Shown piece after piece: positions 31,043-40,981 of a stretch of 64,000 nt of DNA. The translations under genes were made by a program, and so were the position numbers. The notes below the pieces were generated by a model that was given only the letters and a program-made list of their open reading frames with translations, did not search any database and was not told the DNA's origin. Origin of the DNA: Candidatus Thorarchaeota archaeon. GTDB lineage: Archaea; Asgardarchaeota; Thorarchaeia; Thorarchaeales; Thorarchaeaceae. The stretch's first letter is position 1, and every line of letters starts with the position of its first letter. The stretch spans positions 64,001-128,000 of the forward strand of contig RDNZ01000001.1 in assembly GCA_011364905.1 (NCBI GenBank), given 5' to 3'.

Positions 31043-32257
31043 ATGAAAGACATAGTTGTCGTATCAGCGTGCCGAAGTTCAATTGGTGCATTCGGAGGGT
31101 CATTGAAAGATCTACAGGCTCCAGAGCTTGGAGGACAAGTTATCAGAGCAGCCGTCGAACGGGCGGCAATCGATCCCGCAATCATTGGAGACCTTCGATT
31201 TGGAAACTGCTTCGAACCGCCAAAGGCATTGAATGTTGCTAGAATCTCAGCATTACTTGGAGGTATTCCATGGACTGTGCCTGCAGTCACAATCAATAGA
31301 GTGTGTACTTCAGCAATGGAAGCAATCATCAGTGGTGCACTCCAAATCCAGACGGGATTCACCGATGTTGTTCTTGCTGGCGGCGTCGAATCAATGTCAA
31401 ATGTACCATATTGCGTGGAGAACGCACGTTGGGGCATGAGACTCTTCGATGGTGTCTTTATGGATGCGTTGACCACGGGACTTCATGCTGGAAGTCACTT
31501 CTATCCTCATCCAGAAACAGGAAAAAACTACATCATGGGTGAAACAGCCGAGTTTCTCAACGACAAGTATGGATTCTCCAGAGAGGACCAAGACATCGTC
31601 GCATTAAACTCACAGAACAATGCAGAGAGGGCAACTAATGAAGGGGAGTTCAAGGAGGAGATTGTCCCCATTGAGGTCAAAGGTCGAAAAGAAACGAAAC
31701 TGGTTGAGAAAGATGAGCATTTCAGACCCGGGCTCACAATGGAAGATCTTGCGAAACTGCGACCAGCTTTCAGAAAAGACGGAACAGTGACAGCTGGTAA
31801 CTCCAGCGGAATCAACGATGGTGCGGCTGCGTTGGTCATCTTGTCACAAGGGAAAGCAGATGAGTTGGGAATTAAACCACTAGCAAGACTTACAGGCTAT
31901 GGTATGGGATGTAGTGAACCTCATCTGATGGGAGAGTCTCCAATAGCGGCTGTCAAGAACTTGATTGAAAGGACTGGTCAGGGATTCGAAGATTGGGAAT
32001 TGGTTGAACTGAATGAGGCCTTTGCGAGTCAATTCTTGGCAGTCGAGAAAGGACTAAAGCCTCTTGGTTTTGATCGAGAGAAAGTCAATGTGAATGGTTC
32101 AGGAATAGGTTTAGGCCACCCAGTAGGTTGTACTGGAGCTCGGATAGTTGTTACACTACTTCACGCGCTTAGGAAACGCGGTCTCAAATCAGGAATGGCC
32201 ACGTTATGTGGTGGCGGTGGAGTCAGTACTGCAACTACATGGGAACTGATCCAATAG
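31043..32257 (+). CDS. Acetyl-CoA C-acetyltransferase (thiolase)
   Basis: INRVCTSAM, GGVESMS, VTAGNSSGINDGAAA, ELNEAFA, GHPVGCTG, TLCGGGG. Confidence 0.95.
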   Translation: MKDIVVVSACRSSIGAFGGSLKDLQAPELGGQVIRAAVERAAIDPAIIGDLRFGNCFEPPKALNVARISALLGGIPWTVPAVTINRVCTSAMEAIISGALQIQTGFTDVVLAGGVESMSNVPYCVENARWGMRLFDGVFMDALTTGLHAGSHFYPHPETGKNYIMGETAEFLNDKYGFSREDQDIVALNSQNNAERATNEGEFKEEIVPIEVKGRKETKLVEKDEHFRPGLTMEDLAKLRPAFRKDGTVTAGNSSGINDGAAALVILSQGKADELGIKPLARLTGYGMGCSEPHLMGESPIAAVKNLIERTGQGFEDWELVELNEAFASQFLAVEKGLKPLGFDREKVNVNGSGIGLGHPVGCTGARIVVTLLHALRKRGLKSGMATLCGGGGVSTATTWELIQ

Positions 32258-32263
32258 ATTAGA

Positions 32264-33061
32264 CTACCTTACTCGACGTTTGGCGAGTATAGCGACCAGT
32301 ACAACTACTCCGAGAGTAATTCCTATACCGATGATTATGACAGTCTCAAAAAAGAAAGGTGGAGGAGTTGGCGTGAGAGTTGATGGTAGTACATATGCTA
32401 TCACTGTGTCAGATGCGGTATTCCCAATATCATCTTCGAGAACAATTGTAATGTTATAAACGCCAAACTGAAGTGATGACAGGGGTACAATAATTGGAAT
32501 ACCTGAGGTCCATGAACCTGAAACCATCTCTGTACCATTTCGATAGACTGTATATGTGTCAGGGTCTGAATCACTCGCAATCCAAGTGCAGTTAGCAGTC
32601 GGATCACCTGCGAAAAAGATCACAAACAATGGGTGGTTGACTATTGGTGGAGAATAAGCATCAACAACAACTGTAACAAATACTGTTGATGTGGAGTGTT
32701 GAGAAAACATGTCATCAAGTAACAAAGTGTAGTTGTAAGCCCCAACACTTAAACCATCTATATTCCAAGTGAGGCTTGTAGGATTGTCTACCATATTGTC
32801 AATGAAAATCATCGTACCATCCAAGTACAGTTCTACAGCAGCTAAATTCTCATCAGAATATTCCCAATAGAGAGTATTTCCAGTTGTCCCCTCTACATAA
32901 CTCAGATCTGCAGGTTCGGTTGAGATGACTGGAGGACCACTGTCTTGATAGGTTTCATCTAACAATCCAGTTTCAGCAAACCCAATTTCAATCCGAGAAC
33001 AGGCTAGTGTAATCACTAAGAATATGCTTAGAATTATCGGGATATACGATGTTTTTTGCAT
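32264..33061 (-). CDS. Small membrane-anchored surface protein with two Ig-like repeats
   Basis: Signal peptide; repeats W..SD....(L/Y)...GT...GxYNxTh...DD...S.TV; C-terminal TM plus KRRVR. Confidence 0.75.
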   Translation of the reverse strand: MQKTSYIPIILSIFLVITLACSRIEIGFAETGLLDETYQDSGPPVISTEPADLSYVEGTTGNTLYWEYSDENLAAVELYLDGTMIFIDNMVDNPTSLTWNIDGLSVGAYNYTLLLDDMFSQHSTSTVFVTVVVDAYSPPIVNHPLFVIFFAGDPTANCTWIASDSDPDTYTVYRNGTEMVSGSWTSGIPIIVPLSSLQFGVYNITIVLEDDIGNTASDTVIAYVLPSTLTPTPPPFFFETVIIIGIGITLGVVVLVAILAKRRVR

Positions 33062-33186
33062 GAAACTCCAATCTCCTGACGTAAACGCATACCTACCACC
33101 ATTTAGATTTAATGGTGGCTTTCCGCCAAATCTGGGGTTTTGCTCCACCTACATCTTTATTAACAAATGCACTATTGTTAATAATT

Positions 33187-34614
33187 ATGAAGGAGTACGA
33201 TCTCATTGTTATTGGCTCAGGTGCGGGTATGAACATAGCTTCGGACGCATATCAACAGGGACTTAGAGTAGCAGTTATTGAGCATGGACCGATGGGAGGC
33301 ACCTGTCTAAATCGTGGTTGCATCCCTACTAAGATTCTAACATATGTAGCGGATATCATTACACAAGCAAGACATCTGAAGGAACTTGGTGTTGAAATCG
33401 ACATCAGGAAGATAGACTATCCATGGATAATGAGGAGGATGCGAGATGAAGTTGATGGCGACAGTAGGATACAAGGCGAGTCTGTCGATGAAGCAGAGGG
33501 CATTGACTGGTATAAGCAAACCGGAGCTTTCGTAGATGACTACACTCTTGAAATCGAAGGCGAGCAAATCAAGGCGCCTAACATCATCATCGCAGCAGGT
33601 TCAAGGCCACTGGTTCCAAATATCAAAGGGATTGACAAAGTAGCATATCTCACCAATAATGAAGCTCTTCACCTCATGAAACAGCCAAAGTCAATGTTGA
33701 TTATAGGCGGAGGATACATCGCAACGGAATTTGGTCACTTCTTTTCAGCTGTTGGGACCGAAGTCACAATCATTGGAAGAAACAAGTATCTTGTAAAGAA
33801 AGAAGACTCTGATATTTCGGATATTCTCAAGCGAGAACTCTCGAAAAGGATGAAGGTCTACACAAATCACGAAGTTGTTGAGGTCAAGGAAGAAAATGGA
33901 GAGAAGATAATTATTGCAGAGGACAGAGAATCCGGTTTAAAGAGAGAGTTCCGTGGTGAGACCATCCTACTTGCAGCGGGGAGGCAATCTAATGCTGATC
34001 TATTCAAACCCGAGAAGACAGGTGTGAAGGTTGACAAGAATGGCTGGATAATCGTTGATGAACATTTCGGGACAAGCAAGAAGGGCATCTGGTCATTTGG
34101 CGATGCCATTGGCAGATATCAGTTCAGACATGTGGCAAATGATGAGTCACAAATCGTGTGGTACAACTTTGTTCAGACGCTCAATGCTCAGCATCAAGGT
34201 TCAAAACCTGAGCTTCTGACAATGGATTATCATGCCATCCCTCATGCCGTCTTCTCATACCCTCCAATAGCAACTGTCGGAATGACCCTCAAGGAGGCAA
34301 AAGAGTCCAAGAGAAGACTATTGGTCGGTAGTGCAGACTACTCAATTGCTGCCAAAGGATTTGCCATGGGCAATCCCCCCTCATTGGTTCGGGTCATTGT
34401 TGATGCTGATACTCAAAAGATACTTGGTGCGTCAATAATTGGACCTTATGCGCCCATTCTGATTCAGGAGATCATTAATCTCATGTATACGCAAGATGGG
34501 AGCTATCGTCCCATGTTTCAAGCAATTCATATCCATCCTGCGCTGCCAGAGGTAGTTCAACGTGCATTTGGCAGACTGGCACCGATTGATGGAATTCATG
34601 AGCATCACCACTGA
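33187..34614 (+). CDS. Pyridine nucleotide-disulfide oxidoreductase class I (dihydrolipoamide dehydrogenase / mycothione reductase-like)
   Basis: IGSGAG, GGTCLNRGCIPTK, GGGYIATE, HIHPALPE. Start MKEYDL at 33187. Confidence 0.9.
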   Translation: MKEYDLIVIGSGAGMNIASDAYQQGLRVAVIEHGPMGGTCLNRGCIPTKILTYVADIITQARHLKELGVEIDIRKIDYPWIMRRMRDEVDGDSRIQGESVDEAEGIDWYKQTGAFVDDYTLEIEGEQIKAPNIIIAAGSRPLVPNIKGIDKVAYLTNNEALHLMKQPKSMLIIGGGYIATEFGHFFSAVGTEVTIIGRNKYLVKKEDSDISDILKRELSKRMKVYTNHEVVEVKEENGEKIIIAEDRESGLKREFRGETILLAAGRQSNADLFKPEKTGVKVDKNGWIIVDEHFGTSKKGIWSFGDAIGRYQFRHVANDESQIVWYNFVQTLNAQHQGSKPELLTMDYHAIPHAVFSYPPIATVGMTLKEAKESKRRLLVGSADYSIAAKGFAMGNPPSLVRVIVDADTQKILGASIIGPYAPILIQEIINLMYTQDGSYRPMFQAIHIHPALPEVVQRAFGRLAPIDGIHEHHH

Positions 34615-34743
34615 ATGTGCTTCACATATTATTAGACAGGTGTAAAGAAACCGTTTTCAAAACCTGTGTGGAACAAAAGGGTAGAGTTAGTTACGAAGGA
34701 CTTTTCTTAATGATTGCATAGTAGCAATTTCAGGTGATTCAGG

Positions 34744-34998
34744 ATGGGAGAAAAGAAAAAAATTGGAGTCATCACAAGGTACTTTCACAAAATCGGGGTT
34801 GCTGCAATCATGCTGGAAGATCAACTAAATGTTGGTAGCAAAATCAGTATCGAAGGAGCAACGACCAACTTCGAGATGACTATTAACTCAATGCAGATTG
34901 ATCGAGCTAATATTGAATCCGGTTCAAAAGGACAGGAGATTGCCATCAAGGTTCCGGACAGAGTACGAGAGCACGATGAAGTTTTTCTAGTAGAGTAG
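34744..34998 (+). CDS. Small 'translation elongation factor-like' beta-barrel protein (EF-Tu domain II / U32 C-terminal-like)
   Basis: IGVITRYFHKIGVA, L.VG..I.I.G.TT, SMQID, GQEIAIKV..RVR..D.V. AGGTGA RBS. Confidence 0.8.
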   Translation: MGEKKKIGVITRYFHKIGVAAIMLEDQLNVGSKISIEGATTNFEMTINSMQIDRANIESGSKGQEIAIKVPDRVREHDEVFLVE

Positions 34999-35089
34999 GT
35001 AGAACTCCTCATGTGCGCGTCACTCTATTATTAGCCAAGCAATCATCTGCATTTTTGAAATCGATTAGTATCAATAAGCGATTCTTCAA

Positions 35090-35677
35090 CTAAGGTTTCT
35101 TCATCATTCGTGTGCCATCGCGAGAAATAAGCTCGTCACCCTCGCCTTCCGCCAAATTCTCATATCTGGCCATGACGAATATCAGATCGGAAAGGCGGTT
35201 GATGTATTTGATGAGATCTTGGTTTACTGGCTGTATCTTGGCAAATTGAACAATTCTTCGCTCTGCCCTTCTACAGACTGTTCGAGCAACATGAAGAAAA
35301 GCTGCGCCCTTGGTACCTCCGGGGACAACAAAATTGGTGAGTAGCGGGAGTTCCTCTGATAGTTCATCAGCAACCTGCTCCAAGAAGTCAACATCTTGTT
35401 TGGTAATCCTCTTGAGATCCTTTATTGGGTCGTCAGCATCTAGCGAGTCTAGATTTGTAGCCAATTCAGCATTCACGAGGAAAAGTTTCTGCTGAATTCC
35501 GTGAATATAGTCCGCAATTCGTTTTGATGCATGGACCTTTGCAACGCCTAAGGTTGTACCTAGTTCATCTACGGTCCCATACGCTTCAACACGAGAGTCT
35601 GTCTTATCGATTCGCTCGCCAGATAAAAGACCAGTTTCTCCTTTGTCTCCAGCTCTAGTGTAGATACGTTTTGACAA
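35090..35677 (-). CDS. pduO: Cob(I)alamin adenosyltransferase, PduO type
   Basis: IYTRAGDKGET, RVEAYGTVDEL, FVVPGG, ARTVCRRAER, YINRLSDLIF. Start probably TTG at 35677. Confidence 0.92.
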   Translation of the reverse strand: MSKRIYTRAGDKGETGLLSGERIDKTDSRVEAYGTVDELGTTLGVAKVHASKRIADYIHGIQQKLFLVNAELATNLDSLDADDPIKDLKRITKQDVDFLEQVADELSEELPLLTNFVVPGGTKGAAFLHVARTVCRRAERRIVQFAKIQPVNQDLIKYINRLSDLIFVMARYENLAEGEGDELISRDGTRMMKKP

Positions 35678-35808
35678 GATACCACCAAGTTGAGGTTTAT
35701 CCAAGTCCAAATGATTAGCTTTTCTCTCTATACCTAATATGGAATAAACTGACTTACATGCCCCTTAAATACAACCTCAGTACAAAGTGTTGATTTATCG
35801 GGGTTATT

Positions 35809-37656
35809 GTGATGTCGTCAAAAAGGAAGAAACTTGAACTTGAAGAACTATTAGCTCTGCCTACCAGTTTTTGGGGAGCTTTAGGCAAGATCAGTGACAA
35901 GATTGTCTATATTTCAAATAAGACCGGACCTCCGGAGCTGCATCTGCTTGACTTGGACACTATGAAGTTCTCTCAATTGACTGATGGTAATTTTCCCAAG
36001 AGCCCTGGGGGCTATCATAAATGGGCTCCAGATGACTCTTATGTACTCTTCACTAAAGATCCAATTGAGGGTAATGAAAAATACGATATTTACAGCATCT
36101 CAATTCAAGATGGGAAAATCACTCAACTAACAAATACCCCTGAAAATCGGGATGATTTAGGCGAGGTGAGCCATGATGGTAAATGGATTGTTTTCTCCTC
36201 CGACCGTTCAGGAGGTGTTGCCCAGCTATTCAGAATGAAGGTGGATGGCACTGATGTCATTCAATTGACTGATCATACCCGGCCAGTCGCTTCCTGGTAT
36301 GAATTTTGGATATCGCCGGATGATGAATGGATTGCCTATACAGCAAATGATAGTGAGAATTTAAGGAATCTAGATGTCTGGATTGTGAGAAGTGATGGAT
36401 CTGAGAAGAGGAAAATCTACTCAGCAAAGGATGGCTCACAGGAAATTGCTGCAGATTGGTCAAAAAATGGTTCAAAGCTACTGATTATGTCGGATCATTC
36501 AGGAATTGAACGTGCGGGAATATGCGACTTAGAATCTGGTGAAGTAAAATGGTTTGGCAAAGGAATCAATCCAGAAACCCCGATTGTATTCACACCAAAT
36601 TCTGAACAAATACTAGTTCAACGCGATGCCGATGCAGAAATGAAGCTCATTCTATATGATGTGAAATCAGGAAACGAGATCCCACTTAAGATTCCACCAG
36701 GCTCCGCAGGAGGTCGACATTTTACAGTCGATGGATCTCGGCTTTTAATTGGCCATCAGGATTCCATTCATCGGATGCGCTACTTACTTTATGACATAAC
36801 TAACCATAATTACAAAGAGATTATTCCTGCTGATTATGGACGTTACACACCCGATGACTTTCATCCGGATGAATATATTAGCTACAAATCCAATGGTGTG
36901 ACAATTCATGCTATTCTCTACAAACCAAAGGAATTGCTTCCCAACAAAAAACTACCAGCAATTATAATGCCTCATGGAGGTCCTACGGGGCATTATCCAA
37001 GATTGTTTGATGTATATTCTCAAGTCTTAGTAGACAGGGGGTATGTTATCTTGCTGCCCAATGTTAGAGGATCAACCGGATATGGTGTCGAGTTTAGAGA
37101 TGCTTGTCTAAACGACTGGGGAGGAAAAGACTTGGATGACATTGAAGCAGGTGTAAAGTATCTAAGAAGTCTCAAATATGTCGATCACACGCGAATAGGG
37201 ATAACTGGTGGGAGTTATGGAGGGTATATGACCTTCATGGCTGTAACAAAGAAACCTGACCTCTGGAAGGCAGCATCTGCATATATGGGAATTACTTCTT
37301 TGAAACACCTCTATGATAAGTGCCTTGAAACATATCCTGCGCTCTCGTATTATCTTGAGGAGCAAATGGGAAAACCTGATTCAAAAGAAACACTGGATTT
37401 GTGGGAGGATCGTAGTGCAATCAATTTCGTTGAGAAGATGACAACGAAACTGCAAATCATTCATGGAGAGAATGATCCGAGATGTCCACTTGAGCAAGCT
37501 GAGATGTTTAAGGACAGGTTATTGGAGTTGGGCAAGAAGGAAGTTAAAGACTTCGAGTACATTGTTCTTTCTGACGAAGGTCACGGCTCATTTGACACTG
37601 CCCAACGAATAAGAATGTTCAAGCATCTCGTTGATTATTTCTACAGAGAACTGTAA
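35809..37656 (+). CDS. S9 family peptidase (acylaminoacyl-peptidase-like) with TolB/PD40-like propeller
   Basis: HGGP, NVRGSTGYG, GGSYGG, HGENDPRC, DEGHG. Confidence 0.93.
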   Translation: MMSSKRKKLELEELLALPTSFWGALGKISDKIVYISNKTGPPELHLLDLDTMKFSQLTDGNFPKSPGGYHKWAPDDSYVLFTKDPIEGNEKYDIYSISIQDGKITQLTNTPENRDDLGEVSHDGKWIVFSSDRSGGVAQLFRMKVDGTDVIQLTDHTRPVASWYEFWISPDDEWIAYTANDSENLRNLDVWIVRSDGSEKRKIYSAKDGSQEIAADWSKNGSKLLIMSDHSGIERAGICDLESGEVKWFGKGINPETPIVFTPNSEQILVQRDADAEMKLILYDVKSGNEIPLKIPPGSAGGRHFTVDGSRLLIGHQDSIHRMRYLLYDITNHNYKEIIPADYGRYTPDDFHPDEYISYKSNGVTIHAILYKPKELLPNKKLPAIIMPHGGPTGHYPRLFDVYSQVLVDRGYVILLPNVRGSTGYGVEFRDACLNDWGGKDLDDIEAGVKYLRSLKYVDHTRIGITGGSYGGYMTFMAVTKKPDLWKAASAYMGITSLKHLYDKCLETYPALSYYLEEQMGKPDSKETLDLWEDRSAINFVEKMTTKLQIIHGENDPRCPLEQAEMFKDRLLELGKKEVKDFEYIVLSDEGHGSFDTAQRIRMFKHLVDYFYREL

Positions 37657-37756
37657 TCAGCAATCAATGACTAGTCCACAAGTACATCATTCAGTTGGTT
37701 TTCTTTCAGATCAGTTGCAGAAATGTTAATCTTTTGGAGTTCTGACTGGTCAACTA

Positions 37757-40138
37757 ATGGCGATTGAAAAGCATCGTTCAGCTTGCGCGTTGAACTGCCC
37801 CGACATTTGTGCTTATGTAGTCCATGTTGAGGATGGCAAGATTGTAAGACTGGATGGAGACCCCGAGCATCCATATACACTTGGACGATGCTGCCCAAAG
37901 GGCTACGCACACGTTCTCAGAATGTATTATGATGACAGGTTGCTTTATCCTCAAAAGAAGCAGCCTGACGGGTCATTCAAGCGTATATCTTGGTACGAAG
38001 CCTTAGATGAGATCGCACATAAGATGAAGACCGCCAGAGATGACTTTGGACCACAGAGTGTGGGGATATATTCAGGGTCAGGTAATGATGGAATGGCTCC
38101 CCGATACGCAGCGAGGTTCGCCAATGCATTTGGCTGCAGATTGATACCAGGCATAGTCGAGATTTGTTTTGAGGGAGCATATGAAGGCGCGCGATTCAAT
38201 GTAGGTCCATTCCCTCCACATGAGCTATCAGATTGGGCTAACTCAAAATGCATTGTGATATGGGGAACCAACAAATTCGAATCGAGTATCCACTGCAAAC
38301 GAATCATCCAAGAAGCCATCGATAGTGGTGCGAAATTAATTGTCATTGATCCAAGAAGGACACCCTATGCAAAGGTTGCAGATGTTTATACAACTATAAG
38401 ACCTGGAACTGATGGTGCTTTGGCTTTGGGGATAGCTAATGAAATAATTAGGAGAGACCTCTACGACCATGAGTTCGTTAAAAGACATGTTCATGGTTTT
38501 GAGGAATTCCGAAGCCGCGTATCCGAATATGATACCAGACAGGTGAGTAAAATCACCTGGGTTGAGGAGAGTACAATTCGGGAGATAGCTAGGATATTTG
38601 CTACACATGGACCAGCCCTCATCACAACTGCTCCTGCAGGCATGAATCATTACACTAATGGTACCTGGGCTGCAAGAGCAGTTCATAGTCTCTTGGCAGT
38701 CTGCGGATATCTTGGAGTTTCAGGAGGAGGATTTCAATATCTTTCGTCAGATAACAGTCCCTTTAACGGCGCTGCAGTTGCCTTGCCTGAGCTTCTGGAT
38801 TCTTCGGTGAAACCTGTCGTTCCATCAGGCACATATGTACCAGATTACGTTTTGCGACAGGAGGAAAGCCCGCTTAAGGTGTTTGTAATTCAAGCCGCGA
38901 GTCCGATGACGCAGTGGCCTAACACAAACAAGACAAAGAAGGCATTAGATAAGATACCATTCAAAGTGTGCATTGATCTCGAGATGACTGATACTGCTAG
39001 GCTCTGTGACATTGTTCTTCCAGCGACATTCATTTTCGAGCATCACAACCTTGTACATTCCGAGTTGCATAGAATTGTACAATATGCACCAAAGCTTGTT
39101 GAGCCATTGGGGGAAGCAAAGAGCGAATTGGATATTTGGAGGGGTATCGCTGAGCGAATTGGTATTGGAGATCACTTCCAGCTGAGTGAATTGAATGCGA
39201 TAAGACTAGCCCTTCAGAGTGAGGATTGTCGAGATATAACATTAGAGAAACTAATCGAAAAGCCAGAAGGGATAAGGACACGAAGTGAGGCCATTCCTTT
39301 TTCGGATGGAAAATTCGGAACGCGAACTGGATGGATTCATCTATATTCCTCTGAACTTGAAGAACAAGGATTGGACCCCTTGCCTTTTCATCAGGAACCA
39401 CTGGAAAGTCCAATCTCAACTCCTTGGCTAGTTGAGGAGTATCCACTTATGATGATAACCGGCAGGTTGAGGGAGCGACTTCACTCACAGTATACTACTG
39501 TTGAGATTGGCGGCACTGTAAAGAGCTATGCTCACTGTACGACATGCAAGAAATGTGTTGAAGGATGCCCCGATGAAGCTATCACTTTGACTGAACCCAG
39601 CGTTGATACAATCCAACGGAACGCAGAGTCTGCACCGCAAGAACCTGCAAGACTCAGAAAGAAGCTTGGCGAATTGGTGGGAGAATTAGCTGTACGTGTT
39701 TCTGACGAGCAGCTCCATATTCCGAAGGAAATCACAGGTCTTCTTGTTCCTGTGTGGGACTCCGAAAAATGTATTGGTTGCAGAGAGTGTGCCCTCGATA
39801 TTTGTCCGTACGAGGTAGTGACAGAGCCAATAAGAATACTAACAAGAGAGGATGTTGGTGTACACAGAGCCTTCCTGCGCATGCACCCTGAAACAGCAGA
39901 TACCTTGGGTCTTAGAGAAGGAGATCGTGTTGATGTTGAGTCCAAGCGTGGGACTGTGAAGAGCATGAAACTCGTTTTGACTCCAGATATTGATCCGAGA
40001 GTGGTTTGGTCATCAGACGGGTGGTGGCAGGATGATGGCAATATTAACCTCTTGACCGATGACATGCATACGGCTTTTGGACATACTCCGGGATTCAACT
40101 CAGTCCTTGTCAATGTTAAGAAAGCGCTCCACCAATAA
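37757..40138 (+). CDS. Molybdopterin (DMSO-reductase family) oxidoreductase with inserted 2x[4Fe-4S] ferredoxin
   Basis: CALNCPDIC...C cluster, RLLYP, IDPRRT, RPGTDGAL, DTARLCDIVLPA, CTTCKKCVEGCP and CIGCRECALDICP, MHPETA..LG..GD.V.V.S.RG. No Tat signal. Confidence 0.9.
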   Translation: MAIEKHRSACALNCPDICAYVVHVEDGKIVRLDGDPEHPYTLGRCCPKGYAHVLRMYYDDRLLYPQKKQPDGSFKRISWYEALDEIAHKMKTARDDFGPQSVGIYSGSGNDGMAPRYAARFANAFGCRLIPGIVEICFEGAYEGARFNVGPFPPHELSDWANSKCIVIWGTNKFESSIHCKRIIQEAIDSGAKLIVIDPRRTPYAKVADVYTTIRPGTDGALALGIANEIIRRDLYDHEFVKRHVHGFEEFRSRVSEYDTRQVSKITWVEESTIREIARIFATHGPALITTAPAGMNHYTNGTWAARAVHSLLAVCGYLGVSGGGFQYLSSDNSPFNGAAVALPELLDSSVKPVVPSGTYVPDYVLRQEESPLKVFVIQAASPMTQWPNTNKTKKALDKIPFKVCIDLEMTDTARLCDIVLPATFIFEHHNLVHSELHRIVQYAPKLVEPLGEAKSELDIWRGIAERIGIGDHFQLSELNAIRLALQSEDCRDITLEKLIEKPEGIRTRSEAIPFSDGKFGTRTGWIHLYSSELEEQGLDPLPFHQEPLESPISTPWLVEEYPLMMITGRLRERLHSQYTTVEIGGTVKSYAHCTTCKKCVEGCPDEAITLTEPSVDTIQRNAESAPQEPARLRKKLGELVGELAVRVSDEQLHIPKEITGLLVPVWDSEKCIGCRECALDICPYEVVTEPIRILTREDVGVHRAFLRMHPETADTLGLREGDRVDVESKRGTVKSMKLVLTPDIDPRVVWSSDGWWQDDGNINLLTDDMHTAFGHTPGFNSVLVNVKKALHQ

Positions 40139-40335
40139 AAGCGACGATTAAGTGTTTTGGAGATAGAGGGAAGTTCAGTCGACTGCGAGAACTATTATCA
40201 GAAAAACAGAACAGCGGCAATAAAAGAGTAGATTGTTCTGCAGAAATATGGGTATTAAGGCACTCGTGATTGATTAAGCCGGAACATCATGGAGAAGTAG
40301 AAAGATTGACTTCTTCTCAAAAATCGAGTCGATTC

Positions 40336-40941
40336 TCATTGGTGCTTTCTCAGTCTTATTGAGTTCCAAGCTAGCAGTCCAACGAAAACCAGTGATCCAA
40401 AAACGGTATACCATTCAATCAGCGGGCCCCTTAGTGTCAGTGCAAATCCAAGACTAGAGAGGGTGACAGCAAGTCCATATATTCCAACGAGTCGGTTGAA
40501 CTTGGAATTCAAAAAGAGCGCAATAGTGATGATGATGAGCACAAAAAAGTTGAGCAAGAAGAAATCGCCAGAAGCGGTCATATGTGGCTCTCCCGTGTTT
40601 TCAGAAAAAACCCCAATAGCCATTAGAGCAAATCCTGAAGCTACACCTAGCACTTGGCCAATCACCATGATTGCTTTCTGAATGTTACTTTCAGTATACC
40701 AGTCCTTCAGACTGAGAAAGAAAGGTACAAGGGTAATGCCTGTTAAGATACAGCCAATATTGTAGAAGTAGCCTCCGAAGGGACTGTGATTGAGGTTCCC
40801 CAAACGACTCAGGTAGTTGGTAATAGGACCATAAGGCTCTGGGTAGAAAGCCCATGAAACAAGAGTGAACACACAATAGAATAGAATGACCAAGAATCCA
40901 CTGATTGTGGTCAATGGATAGTTTCGAATATTAAAACCCAT
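40336..40941 (-). CDS. DUF998-like membrane protein
   Basis: NYLSRLG, IGVFSE, conserved His, E-W motif; 5-6 TM. Confidence 0.7.
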   Translation of the reverse strand: MGFNIRNYPLTTISGFLVILFYCVFTLVSWAFYPEPYGPITNYLSRLGNLNHSPFGGYFYNIGCILTGITLVPFFLSLKDWYTESNIQKAIMVIGQVLGVASGFALMAIGVFSENTGEPHMTASGDFFLLNFFVLIIITIALFLNSKFNRLVGIYGLAVTLSSLGFALTLRGPLIEWYTVFGSLVFVGLLAWNSIRLRKHQ

Positions 40942-40981
40942 GGTATTCTAGGTGCAATTCGTCCTAATTAAACTACATTAC

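Noticed and set aside
30703-31476. 257-aa minus-strand ORF
   Set aside because: Antisense to the well-supported thiolase and the membrane gene; no motifs.
39532-40113. 193-aa minus-strand ORF over the ferredoxin insert
   Set aside because: Antisense shadow; no intein, endonuclease or transposase motifs. The insert also lacks intein termini.
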